Source of the DNA: Octopus vulgaris
Lineage: Eukaryota
NCBI GenBank assembly: GCA_951406725.2
Contig: OX597814.1
Coordinates: 124,062,001 to 124,126,000 of the forward strand
Direction: 5' to 3'
DNA length: 64,000 nt
Shown here in pieces: positions 1-12,677 of the stretch. Below the pieces are notes generated by a model. The model made no database searches. It was not told the origin of the DNA and saw nothing but the letters and a program-made list of their open reading frames with translations. The translations under genes were made by a program, and so were the position numbers. Positions within the stretch are counted from its first letter, which is position 1. Every line of letters begins with the position of its first letter.

Positions 1-2300
1 ATGAATATGAATTCCGCCGTGGAAACAAATGCATGTCAGACATCTTGAAACATCAATGAAGTGTTTGGTGAAGATGTGGCAAATGAGTGTACTGTACATT
101 GATGGTTTGAGAAGCTCCTGTCTGGTGACTTTACTCCTGAAATCAGGCCTATAGTAGACTTAAGACTGAGGTGGATAATGATGAGCTGGAAACTGTAGTG
201 GAAGTGGATATGAACTATGCATGAGTTAGCAGCAAGGTTTGATGTTCTGATTCTAACTGTATTGGACCATCTGAAACAAATCAGCAAGGTAAAGAAGCTG
301 GACAAGTGGGTACCACATGAAGTGAACGAGTATCAAATGACATGTTGTCTTGAAACTTGCTGTTCTTTGTTGTTGTAGCATAAAAGCAAACCCGTTTTGC
401 ATTGTATGATGAAAAATGGATTCTTTTCAACAATAGCAAGTATTCTGCACAGTGGTTGAATAGAGACAAAGTGCCAAAACACAACCCAAAAAAGAATATT
501 CACCAAAAAAGCTAATGGTGGCTGTTTGGTAGTTCATTGCTGGTGTCATCCACTACAGCTTCATGAGACCTGGTAAGTCAATTACAGCGGTGGTATACAT
601 CAACCAATTGGATGAAATGACGAGTGATCTGGTTAATAGAGACAGGCCAATTCTCATGTAAGACAATGCTCAGCCACATGTTACACAAAGAACGCTACTC
701 AAGTTACAGGAATTGAACTTGGAAGTACTTTGTCACCTACCATATTCACCAGACCTTGCACGTTTCCAGGCATTTGACAACATTTTGCAAGGAAAAAACT
801 TCAAATCTGAAGAAGATGCAAAAATAGCCATTCATGATTTCATCATCTCTTGCTCTCCAGAGTTCTTCATTTCCAGAATAAATAAGCTACTGATACAATG
901 GCAAAATTAATATATCAGGTCATATCATAAGTTCTGTTCGAATTTTGAATAAAGAAAACAAGTGATCAAATGTTATATTTAATTGAAATTTAATCATCAA
1001 TGTACTTTCCCTGATTATCTATGACTTCCTCCCATCTATTTACAAGCTTTTTAATTCCATCAATGTAAAACTCTTTTGGTTTCAAAACGAAGATCTCTGA
1101 AATGTCAGTTTCAACCTCCTCCTGGCTTGCGAAAGTTATGTCCCCCAAATGATTCTGTAAACTATGAAACAAATGGTAGTCTGAAGGAGCAAGGTCAGGA
1201 GAATAAGGTGGATGAGGAATTTTTTCCCAACCCAGCTCTTCGATCTTCTGTGATGTGATCTTTGCAGTGTGGGGTTGCACATTGTCCTGATGAAAGATCA
1301 CTCCTTTTAGATTCACTAAAGCGGGTCTTTTTTTTTCTTCAAAGCTTGGTTCAAACACTCTAATTGCTGACAGACTTGAGTATTGATTGTTGCATTAGGT
1401 GGTAACAATTCAAAGTGAATTACCCCTTTGCAATCCCACCAGATAGAGAGAAGAACCATTTTTTCCATGAAGTTCCCTTTTCGGTTGTGGTTGAGCTTTT
1501 TCCGTTTTACCAAGCCACTGTTTACGACGTTTAACATTTCGAAAGGAGATCCATTTTCTGTCACCAGTCACAAGTCTATCCAAAAAGGGTAAAATGAGTT
1601 CGCAAGAATGGAGAGAAGAGCAGATGTTAACTCAAGATTTGCAATTGCTTTCGGACAATTCATGAGGCACCCATTTTCCAAGTTTAGGAACCTTTCCAAG
1701 TTGTTGAAGATGACGATGAACAGTTGTATGGTTTGAACTAAGCTTTATTGCCAATTCTTTAACTGATAATGCAGGATTTTCTTCAAGTAATGCCTCAAGG
1801 AGCTTATCATCAAACTCAACTGGATGTCCTGTTCGATCTTCATCTTCAAGGCTGAAATCTCCACTTCTGAATTTTGCAAACCATCTTCTGCAAGTTCTTT
1901 CATTCAAGCATTCTTTCCCATAAACTGAGTGTATGTTTCGAGTCTCTTCGGCTGCAGAGTTTCCTTTTTTGTACTCATAAAGCATTATGTGCCTTAAATG
2001 CTCTTTGGATACTTCCACGTTAGAAAGGTTTTAATCAAAGAAATTTCAATTCTATTATTTTGTAAAATAATATTTAATTAGTTTAAATGTATAGAAATGC
2101 ATACAAATAATTTTTAATTCCATTAGCCATTCTAAAATACTATTACATTTCATTCAATTTTAAAAAAAGGCAAAATTGGACAGAACTTATGGCATGACCT
2201 GATAGGTGTATACTTTGATTAACTGCATTGCTTTTTGTTGAGATAAAATAAAATAAACTTTCAGTTCAAAATCAGACATTTCATTCTTAATGACCTGATA
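1..2300 (+). mobile_element. Decayed mariner transposon (host of nested insertion at 913-2204); 5' part outside window
   Basis: Frameshifted transposase with KLDKWVPHEV (~295-324) and HLPYSPDLA (ORF 713-910); C-terminus GVYFD* resumes at 2205 after the insert; terminus ...ATGACCTGATA at 2300. Confidence 0.85.
913..2204 (-). mobile_element. Near full-length mariner (DD34D-type) with TIRs; transposase pseudogene 990-2018
   Basis: TIRs TATCAGGTCATATCATAAGTTCTGT (913) and ACAGAACTTATGGCATGACCTGATA (2204); ORFs 1632-2018, 1316-1564 and 990-1358 give HTH, WVPHEL, HQDN and YSPDLAPSDYHLF with frameshifts. Confidence 0.95.
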
Positions 2301-2319
2301 TATTATATAGTTATATATA

Positions 2320-2730
2320 GGCGTAGGAGTGGCTATGTGGTAAGTAGCTTGCTTACCAACCACATGGATTCGGTTTCAGTCCCACTGCATGACACCTTGG
2401 AAAAGTGTCTTCTACTATAGCCTCAGGCCAACCAAAGCCTTATGAGTAGATTTGGTAGACGGAAACTGAAAGAAGCCCGTCGCATATATGTATATATATA
2501 TATATATGGGTGTGTGTGTGTGCATATGTTTGTGTATCTGTGTTTATCCCCCCCAACATTGCTTAACAACTGATGCTGGTTTGTTTACGTCCCCGTAACT
2601 TAGCGGTTCGGCAAAAAAGACCGATAGAATAAGTACTGGTCTTACAAAGAATAAGTCCTGGGGTTGATTTGCTTGACTAAAGGCGGTGCTCCAGCATGAC
2701 CACAGTCAAATGACTGAAACGAGTAAAAGA
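2320..2730 (+). mobile_element. tRNA-derived SINE family 1 (CORE-like centre, internal TA/TG microsatellite); representative copy
   Basis: A/B-box-like head GGCGTAGGAGTGGCT..GTTTCAGTCCC and CACCTTGG(GC)AAGTG centre. Similar copies near 12684(+), 13160(-), 23040(-), 24518(+), 30522(-), 31770(+), 35459(+), 38148(+), 43501(-), 45230(-), 45670(-), 54290(+), 55211(+), 61507(+), 63520(-), 63745(-). Confidence 0.9.
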
Positions 2731-3255
2731 GTATACACACACACATATATATATATATATGTATATATACAGAGATATGTGTATGTATATGTACATTTAT
2801 GCACACACACGCACAAACTCTCACACACATACATGTATGTATGCGTGGGTATATGTATATATGATGGGGGAGTCAGTCTTGATGTTGAATATTTAGTTGT
2901 GTAACCAAATGAATTAATTTTCATGAAATTTCTATGTAAATGGTTGAGAATTCCAAGGAGCTATGTATCCTTAATGCAATTCTGAGACTAACTCAGTATG
3001 ACACAATGTGACAACATTTTGAATTCCAGGAAAATTCTTGAGAGTAAAAGAGTAAGAAAAGAATCATCCTCCCAGCAAGTATTGCACGTGTAGTTTATTT
3101 ATCCACCCAGAAAGGATAAAAGGCAAAGCTGACCTTTGAAGATATTCAACACAAAGAACAGAGAGCCAGAATGAATATCTTAAGACATTCTGAAGCTGGA
3201 AATAGGCAGAATTGTTGGAGCATCAAAATGTGCGTGTGTCTTCATTATACATACA

Positions 3256-3286
<31 letters not shown>

Positions 3287-3358
3287 GCATACGTACATAC
3301 GTACGTACATACTTAAACACATACATATACTATATATACACACATATATATCTATATG

Positions 3359-3400
<42 letters not shown>

Positions 3401-3426
3401 AATATATATGTGTATGTATACACACA

Positions 3427-3458
<32 letters not shown>

Positions 3459-3555
3459 TGATAGAAATGGTAAGACAACAAAAGAATGAAAGAGACCTCG
3501 ATATTATGTAAGTAGAGGAATTTATCTGTAAATATAATATGTGACAACTATTCGG

Positions 3556-3629
3556 TAGCCATGATAAAACTCCGAGTTTCGAATGTCGGGATGGAAACCC
3601 ACACCACCATCTCTTCAGTTATCCGGCCA
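3556..3629 (-). ncRNA. Type I hammerhead ribozyme motif in a probable Penelope-like element remnant (~3460-3650)
   Basis: Minus strand reads GCCGGATAA-CTGAAGA-[imperfect stem II]-GAAA-CTCGGAG-TT-TTATCATGGC: intact core, stem I GATAA/TTATC extended by GCC/GGC, near-palindromic stem III, GUU cleavage triplet. Confidence 0.7.
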
Positions 3630-3843
3630 TCGAAAAAATGCTATAAAAATGACCATACATATATATATGGTGATGGTTGGCATGAGGAAGGCCATCCAGC
3701 TGTAGAAACCATGCCAAATCAGGCTGGAGTTTGGTGCACCCCCTTGGCTAACCAGCCCTCGTCAAACCATTCAATCCACACCAGCATGGACAATGGACAT
3801 TAAATGATGATGATGACGATGATGATGATAATATATATATATA

Positions 3844-5932
3844 TCTTATATATATAATGCTGAAGTTTTCTGTGTTTGTGTGTGTGGACAATTCCATACA
3901 ACCGCAATTACCTTGTGAAACTTTCATCCGACTTCATTGAAATTTTATACAGAGCTTCGTCTGCCAAGAACCACATCTACTTATTCTTTCGAAAATCGAT
4001 ATTGGGGCCTGTTGAGCAGTTCGAGACGTGAGATGAGTTGTACTCACATGTGAGCATTACTCAATCAGCTGTTAAGTGCACGCAAAGATTCCACAAAAAT
4101 GCTGCAGCAATTAGGCATGAAAACAAGACGTTTTTTATTGCTAGGTATAAACGTATACTTAAGCAAATTTTCAAAACGTTTATTTTGTACATTGGCTGGT
4201 CATGTTAGGAATGTCATTTTGTTATCTTATATAGTCGACACTTTTTTTCTTACACAGTGGTTTTTTTGAAGGAAATATAATAATAAATGTATCTTTTTTT
4301 AATTTGATAATAACTTTGGTGCTAAAAAACGTGCATTATTCACCTAAATTGTTTGTAAAAAAATAATGCAGGGTAGTTCAAACGTGGGTAACAGTTATGA
4401 AAAACAAAAGCATTATCACGCTTACTGTATTTCGTTTTTATTACATTCCTGTTGTTTCAGTAAGTAAACTGTCAATTGTAAAATTTTTGTTTTCACTTGG
4501 ATTTATTTTCACTCTTTGCACTTGAAATAAAAGGTACGTTTCCTTGGGATTATTTTTTTTTACATATTTGGCAACCAACTATTCCTAAACTATTTCTATG
4601 ATAAGTTTAACATTTGACTTTGTACTATTTATCGTTTTGCTCATGATATTAATACTTGAAAATTCGTCGTTACGTTAACAATATTACAGAGTTGTTCATT
4701 TAAGGGTTAGTCTATAAATCAAAGACTTTAAAATATTCTATTTTTGGTATTTTTGACCACCACTGGTCCCATTATTTTATGACAGAACATCTTGTTACAA
4801 ACTGGGCTTCCCACTTCGCCATTTTCTTCTCAACTCCTCCAAATCGGCAATGGTCGACTAGAGTCTGATGACAGTGGACACTTCTACAATTGGCCAGTCT
4901 GTCTCCACGCCCCATGATCTCTGCTCTTCCGTGTATCCTAATTTATTGACTGACTTCATGAAAACCGATTGGCTTTGTGAGAGGGCTATTCTTGTGCCCA
5001 CAAATGCTGCAATTAAGCTTATCAATCATGAGTTAGTCCTTTGCCTTCCATTCAACGCTGTTACAAGTCAGTTGATACTGTTACTTACTTTAATCAAGCT
5101 ACCAACTTCCCAACAGCGTTTCTCAATGTGCAGGATCCTCCTGGACTACCTCCTCATGAGTTGTATTTCAAAATAGGAGCTTCCGTTATCATTTTGCGTA
5201 ATTTAAACTCACCCGTTCTTCGTAATGGAACACGACTGGTGGTCAAACAACTTATGAACCTTGTGATTGAAGCAGAAATCATCACAGGACCTGGGCGAAA
5301 TGAAACTGTTTATATTCCCAAAATTCCATTCATTCCTTCTGACTGCCCATTTCCGCTGAAAAGGTTGCAATTCCCCCATCAAGCTGAGTTTTGCCATAAC
5401 CATCAACAAATCCCAAGGTCAATCTCTTAAAGTTGTTGGTTTAGATCTTCGGACCCACTGTTTTTCACATGGCCAGTTTTATGTTGGCTGTTCCAGAGTT
5501 TGTGATCCTGAGAACCTTTTTATTTATGCTCCTAACAATAAAACAAAAGTCGTTGTATATAAATATGCTCTTCAATAATCCTACACACACCATCCACCTT
5601 TTTTATGTTGTTTTGTCCATCCATCAATTTGCTCTTTTTTGTCCAATCTATTTTGCCACTCCAACCTATGTACAAATTATTGACTTTTATTCATGTTACT
5701 TTTCCAATTTATGATACGTTTTCACTATAGTCAAAATATGTTAACTTAGAAGGGATTTCTGCTTTTACATAGGATGACGGAAGACACAAAGCTCACTGAA
5801 TTAGTGCCAGTGGTTTTCATGAGGTTATATAAAGGATGATATCCCTCTCTGAATTAAAATTTGACTTTTGATAGGTTAACAAGCTGATTCAAGAGCAACT
5901 TAAACTGTCTAAAGGACGGGTACTTCAGCTTG
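3844..5932 (+). mobile_element. Internally deleted Helitron carrying a PIF1-like helicase C-terminal remnant (~4870-5570)
   Basis: A|TC..TATATAATGCTGAAG 5' end; 3' hairpin remnant plus CTTG|T (from CTAG); helicase motifs ERAILVPTN, GLPPHEL..KIGASVIILRNLN..LRNGTRL, and frameshifted FAITINKSQGQSL..FSHGQFYVGCSRV. Confidence 0.85.
5773..5823 (+). CDS. Possible upstream exon of the Munc13-family gene (MTEDTKLTELVPVVFM)
   Basis: ttttacatag acceptor, weak GAG|gttata donor, phase compatible with the exon at 6438; lies inside the apparent Helitron boundaries, so uncertain. Confidence 0.35.
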
Positions 5933-6222
5933 TAAATATATATATATATATATATATATCCTTGTCTTCGAAATGTGGAGTAGATGAAACACAGACAACT
6001 GATGAAGGGGAATATTCTTTATGTTACATGTCTCATTTCTCTGTTTTTTTTCATTGTTCGAAAAGACAGTTCGTTTTCTATGTTTTTGTTTTTATGTTTT
6101 CGTTTCTCATTGTGTTCAACGTTTTTTGTTGATGTTCTGTACCCATATATGCCTGTATATATTCATATATATGTATGTACATATATGTATGTGTATATGC
6201 ATAAATTTATATATTATTTATA

Positions 6223-6310
<88 letters not shown>

Positions 6311-6437
6311 TATATATTACATTGGAGCACAGTATATATATATATAAACTGTGCTCCAATGCAACCATATACATATACATAAAAATGATGATGATGATGA
6401 TGATATATGTTCCAAGATGTTCTTTTTTTTTTTCCAG

Positions 6438-6609
6438 CCAGCTGACAGTTCTTCTTGACCTGACTGATAAGAAAACCTCAGTGACTGTCACTGACATAGC
6501 ACTGAAGAAGGCAATAGAATCGGTGCAGATGACATGGGTAACAATGAAGCCCCCTGTTGGCCAAATCACTGAGGAAGTGGCTAACAAGATGCCATTAACT
6601 GACACAGAG
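6438..6609 (+). CDS. Exon of UNC13D/BAIAP3-like (Munc13 family MUN domain) gene
   Basis: tttttccag acceptor, GAG|gtaagt donor; QLTVLLDL..ALKKAIESVQMTW..PLTDTE; phase 2 to 0. Confidence 0.85.
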
Positions 6610-6890
6610 GTAAGTTTCGAGTGGACCAACATTGAGGCTTTCATTCCTTAAGGTTACTATTTCACTTCATTCATACTACTACAGTGCTTGAGAAAGGCAT
6701 GAACACCACATCTACATGTATGTATGAAGCCTAAGAAAATACTAAGATGATTAGAGATGTGATAGCACTCAGCCAGTTATGATGAGAAGCGTGCCAGTTG
6801 ATCTGATTTGTGGAACAGCCTGCTAGTGAAATTAATATGCAAGTGGCAGAGCACTCACCCCACAGTCAGGCAGTACTGGCATCGACCAGA

Positions 6891-7122
6891 AAGGCGGCGA
6901 GCTGACAGAAACATTAGCATGCTGGGTGAAATGCGTAGCCGTATTTCGTTTGCCGTTACGTTCTGAGTTCAAATTTTGCTGAGGTCGACTTTGCCTTTCA
7001 TCCTTTTGGGGTCAATAAATTAAGTACCAGTTACGCCCTGGGGTCAATATAATCGAATTAATCTGTTTGTCTGTCCTTGTTTGCCCTCTCTGTGTTTAGC
7101 CCCTTGTGGGTAGTAAAGAAAT
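6891..7122 (+). mobile_element. tRNA-derived SINE family 2 (centre resembles Meta/MESC domain); representative copy
   Basis: AAGGCGGCGAGCTG(G/A)CAGAA head, GAGTTCAAAT B-box, GACTTTGCCTTTCATCC..GTACCAG centre. Other copies near 8070(-), 23505(+), 27540(-), 29748(+), 38303(+), 40013(+), 49550(-), 55927(+), 57935(-), 62776(+). Confidence 0.85.
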
Positions 7123-7399
7123 AGGTACTGGCATCAACCATGCTTGAATGGTGCTTTTTATGTGCCACTGGCATGGGACCAGTCAGCCAGCACTGGCATT
7201 GACTACGCTCAAATGGTGCTTTTTACATACCAATCAGGCGGTACTGAACACCAGGCATTCAAGCATTCATACCAGGGGTAAGCAAGTTTCTTATATCATT
7301 GATCCCTTCATAGAATCGTTGATAACTTATCAATCCCATCTTGTAAATTTCTAATAATTAATAAAAAATTTCTTTATTTAAAACAATAATTATTTTGTT

Positions 7400-7697
7400 G
7401 TGTCTAGGGAGAGTCATTTTCTTTTTGTGCCTTATAATGTAACACACTCACCGGTAAAATTTCCACTTTTTTCTTATTTTTATTTTCCTAAAATTTTCGT
7501 TGCATCTTGCAACCTTTTCAATAGTTTTGCAAGATGCAACGAAAATTTTAGGAAAATAAAAATAAGAAAAAAGTGGAAATTTTACCGGTGAGTGTGTTAC
7601 ATTATAATACACAAAAAGAAAATGACTCTCCCCTGACAGAATATTCTTCAACACACGAACTCACATAAAGAATCTTGCAAACCAAATCCAAAAACGA
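7400..7697. mobile_element. Foldback insertion, probably a Penelope-like fragment with an inverted end
   Basis: Near-perfect inverted arms 7406-7512 and 7527-7634 with a 14-nt spacer; flanked by 15-bp direct repeat AATAATTATTTTGTT (7385-7399, 7698-7712). Confidence 0.75.
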
Positions 7698-9969
7698 AAT
7701 AATTATTTTGTTTTATTGCTTCATTACCACTTTTTAATAAGAAATATTTAAAGAAATCTAATAAAATACCTAATGAAATTAATGAAGAACAATAACTTTC
7801 TGTCATATAATATTGACATAATCAGTATATTTAATGTGAGATATATTGTTTAATGAATACTAATTATTATCAAAGTACTTGATTGGATGTTAGTGAGTCT
7901 TAGCCTTAAATTACCACACTCTTCAAAATAATTTAGCGCCCTTAATGCTCAAGATCATTTCAGATGTTTATTCATCCCTTGGCTAGTCACATAGATCCCC
8001 AAGGGTCAATGTTGTCCATTTTATTGACTCTGTGCCAAACTCCTTTTTTAAATGCTTGTATTAAATATTGGTTTCAAATTTTGGCACAAGGCCAGGGTGT
8101 AAGTCCATTACATCGACTCCAGTGCTCAACTGGTATTTATTTTATTGACCCTGAAAGCATGAAAGACAAAGTCAACCCTGGTGGAATTTGAACTCAGAAT
8201 GTAAAGATGCTAAGTATTTTGCCTGACATGCTAACAATTCTGCCAGCTTGCTGCCTTACATGTGTTGAATATTAATAAAAAGAAAAATGAAGACTCACCA
8301 TTGAAGTAGATGCCGGTTCATTGTAAAGTAAAATCTCTAATTGCTGTTGGTGCTCATTTACAGTAATGTGCCACCTGATCCATGAATCAAACCCCTGACA
8401 TTATAATTGTGACTCCAACATCCTAACCACTAGATTATGTTCCTGAGAGATACATATTCCCTTGTGCAAGAGGCTGGTCTTTTATAAGTAACAAACCTAA
8501 TACCCGAATCTAATCCTCAGTAAACTGAGGCAAATGGATTTAATATCTTGATCAGAGACACAAATGGGATGATATTGGTTGAGTATGAGCCAATGAAATA
8601 TGAACCTTAGTTCAATATCTTACCTCTTAGGCTACTTTTTACTTTAAACTTTAGTACACTATATTTTCTCTAGAATTGTTTTCCCTGCTACTTCCCTGTT
8701 ATCACAGGGGGGAGAACTTATATGGTGAAATGATGCACCTACAGTATGCCAAAGGTTAATAACACAGACATAAGATCTTACCTCGCTGAAAAATATTCTC
8801 TTTGTAGTTCATACTCAGTCTTCTCTCAGCCTCCATTCTTGCTACTGTCACTGTCTATTACTATTTACACTTCAGCTACATTTCAGCTACACTCCAGCTA
8901 CACCCCAACTACACTTCAGATACACTCAGACTTATTGCTGCATTGTTTTCTACTCTTAACTGTTGTAAACCTGAAGTTACAATGTAAGCTTTCAGGTCAA
9001 AAGCTGACACATTGATATTTCTTTTCTTTTGTATGTGTTGTCACTCTTAGTAACATTTAAAGTTTTCAAGTTCTATATTACCCATACTAATATCCTTCAT
9101 CTTTAACCCTTTTATAATCTTGTGAAGTACCAAAAAAGACTACTAGGCAATGTCCTTATTTCTCAAATATAATGTATTTAACAGCATATAAGATGCATTT
9201 TTTAATACTTTATTAAATGTATCAAAAAAAAAAAAAAAACTGCCCTGCATTTAATGTGGGTGTATTTATGGATGAAGGGCTGAGTGTTGTAAACTAGGGA
9301 GTTGGGTGAGCATAAATCTGCAGGGTATAATAATTGTTATAAAGTATTGTAAACAAGTCACAATATCACAGTCTGTTAATACAAACATACAAAAATTGAT
9401 TACATTACATTACATTGTAGAGATGTCACATCATCTCATTGTATTTCCTTTCTCAGCGTACATAAGCCACACCTGATAGGTGTCTTACATTATCTAATGA
9501 CTCTGTTACCATCAAGAAATATTTTTAATTACCTAAATGAAAGCCTCTCTGAGAAAGGTGAAAGGGATGTTAAGCTTTCATCCACCAGTCACCTATTTGC
9601 AATGGGTGAATGACAACAAAATCATAGTGGTGGCGAGCTACACTATTGACTGATTGTGTTACATAAAATATCATAACCAGAACTATGTATTCTATATCTG
9701 GTGTGGCAATTTTCTAGGTCAAAATAGCTATGTAAAATGAACCCATGCTGGTGCCACATAAATTGCTCTCATGCCAGTGCCACATAAAGTGCACTTGTGC
9801 CAGTGCCACATAAAATGCTCTCATGTTGGTGCCATGTAAAATGCATTTATGCCAGTAACATGTAAAAAGCTCCCAGTATACTCTGCAGATTGGTTGGTGT
9901 TAGGAAGGGTGTTCTGCCATAAAAACCATGCCAAAACAGACAATTGAAACCTGGACAGCTCTTTGGCTG

Positions 9970-10251
9970 GCCAACTCCTGTCAAGCCGTCCAACCATGCC
10001 AGCTCCTGTCAAGCCATCCAAACATACCAGCTCCTGTCAAGCCATCCAACCATGCCAGCTCCTGTCAAGCCATCCAACCCATGCCAGCTCCTGTCAAGTC
10101 ATCCAACCATGCCAGCTCCTGTCAAGCCATTCAACCATGCCAGCTCCTGTCAAGCCATCCAACCATGCCAGCTCCTGTCAAGTCATCCATCCATGCCAGC
10201 TCCTGTCAAGCCATCCAAAGATGCCAGCTCCTGTCAAGCCATCCAACCCAT
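9970..10251 (+). repeat. Minisatellite, 10 copies of a 28-29 bp unit, inside a family-3 SINE
   Basis: Unit GCCAGCTCCTGTCAAGCCATCCAACCAT; the same motif occurs once in other family-3 copies (e.g. ~63235). Confidence 0.95.
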
Positions 10252-11124
10252 GTCAGCATTAAAATGGATGCTAAATTATGATGATGAGGATGATGATGAT
10301 GATGATGATGATGATAACAATGATGATACAGTAGATCTGAGAGAAGATGAAGTTGAAATATATTATTCCAATAATAGTTTATTTCTGATAAATGTCTGGT
10401 TTTATACTGTATTCCAGTATAATGTCACATTATATTTTAATACTTAGAATCATACATGTTTTCCCCCTTAAGAAAACCACTTGAAAATATTTTTCAGTAT
10501 GTGCATGTTGAAACATTAAACTTGTATTTAGTAAAAGAAAGGGTCAACTTATGTGAGAGTGTGTCTTAAACATTGGTAGATATGGTAATTAAAAGAAAAT
10601 GTCTGAGGAAGGGATTGAAAAGACAACCTGCTTGCTCTCGGTTTTGCACTTTTATGATCAAGCCATGAAAATTGGTTGGAAGCGTATCAAATATGTAAAT
10701 ATTTGTTTTCTACTAAAAGCAACCAGATTAAACAATTTTTTGCAGAAATAATTTTGAACAAAAGAAATTAGATTTGTCAGAAAGTTAATTTTTCTAATTT
10801 GTTGAAAATTTAAATTTTCTAATTTGTTTAATGTTAGCTAATGTTGTAAAAGAAAACTAAAAAACAAACAAAAAGTCGAACGGCAAAGCACATATTAAAA
10901 ACCAATAGTTGAAGGTTTCATTCAACCTAGGCAAATTATAACATCTTTCTTGTAATCTTAACATTTTCTGGAACAAGATTTCTTTTTCTTTTTATTTGAC
11001 AAGTTCTAAATGTTTTCCTTAATTCTTCATTATGAAATCATTTACATTTAAACATTATATAAACATAATAGAGTTTATATTTGAAAACTCAAATTATAAT
11101 ATAAATATTCTTATTTTTACACAG

Positions 11125-11246
11125 ATTTCAATGTTCCGAAAAGCAGCAACGGAATACATAAAATTGATGATGTGGAATGTACGAAATGATTGCGTGTTTT
11201 TCCCACTTGAAGATAATTCTTTCAAAGATCTCAAATACAAACTTGG
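11125..11246 (+). CDS. Exon of UNC13D/BAIAP3-like gene
   Basis: ttttacacag acceptor, TGG|gtaagc donor; ISMFRKAATEYIKLMMWNVRNDCVFFPLEDNSFKDLKYKL(G); phase 0 to 2. Confidence 0.88.
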
Positions 11247-12630
11247 GTAAGCCTATATAACCCAAATATCGCATTTTCTAGACAATTACTTGACCCATCC
11301 CTATCTCTTTTCCTTCACTATCCATCCTCCAAGCTGACACCCCCTACGTCCATTTAAATCCTCATCATCTCTAATCATCTGTCATGCTCTTTTCACTCTA
11401 CTGAACTCACCTACCCACTTACCTTCTCTGTTCCTCTATCACTATCCTCTTTCTGTTTATCCCCATTTACCTTGACCTCGCATCCCTCTTTGTACCTGGT
11501 GACCTAACCATTGCTGGGGCCCACAAAGAAAGCACTAAATTCACTCTGTGAAGTGGGTGGAGTTTGGAAGGACATCCAACTAAAAAACCATGCCAAAGCT
11601 GAGATTGAAGCTTGATGCAGCCCTGTAGCACAGCAGTTCATGTCAAGCCATCTAACCCATGCTAGCATAGAAAAAAGGATATTAAACACAACAGCTTCTG
11701 GTGGTGGAGGTGGTGGTGGTGCTGCTGCTATTGCTGCTTTGTTTGTTTGTTTGTTGAGTGAAGCAGTCTTCGTCCCAGAGCTGGCAAGATCACACCTCTG
11801 TAGTGGGAGAAGTCCGAAACGTGGTCCTTTTCTATTCGTAAGACCCGCAGAAGAGAAAGCAGGTTAACCCCCAACACGGAGAGCATCGATGGATGGATGA
11901 ATACGCATCCAGGCTCAGCGGTTGCATAAGAAGTCAGGGATAAGAAACAGGAAGAAAGAGTGAGAGAAAGTTGGTGCGAAAGAGTACAACAGGGGTCGCC
12001 ACCACACCCTGCCGGAGCGTCGTGGGGCTTTACGTGTTTTCGCTCAATAAACACACACAACGCCCGGTCTGGGAATCGAAACCGCGATCCTCAGACCGCG
12101 AGTCCGCTGCCCTAACCACTGGGCCATTGCGCCTTCACTGCTGCTGCTGTTGCTGCTGCTGCTGATGATGATGGCAATGATAATAGTGATGATGATGATG
12201 ATAAAAGAACTAAATAATATGAGTTCATGGCTTTGATGTGTGTTTATGAGAGTAAAATAACATAACTGAAGAAATGATTTCTATATAATGTATTTATAAA
12301 TCACCAAGTTGATGTGTGATCTAAATGAGATTATCAAGTTCTGCTGGAATTAAGTTTTCAACAATTGATGACCCCCATTCTAAAAGTGCTTAGTTCACGT
12401 AGGAATAGCTGTGACTTATAATACAACATGTAGCAGCAGTGTGTTTAGTTAACAGTGTAAATGTTCAAATCCAGCAGAACAATATCATTGTATGTACATA
12501 CATACATGCATAGACATACATACATACATGCATGTATACATACATACGTATGCATGTACATGCATACATACATACATGCATACATATATACATATATACA
12601 TACAAACAAATATACATGCATACATACATA

Positions 12631-12677
<47 letters not shown>

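Noticed and set aside
5965-6030. CTGATGA hammerhead-like heptamer
   Set aside because: No downstream GAAA with compatible stems could be assembled
9928-10447. Repetitive ORFs (MPAPVKPSNHASSCQ..) and a CRISPR-like appearance
   Set aside because: Head-to-tail 28-bp tandem with no unique spacers, derived from a SINE; eukaryotic context and no cas genes
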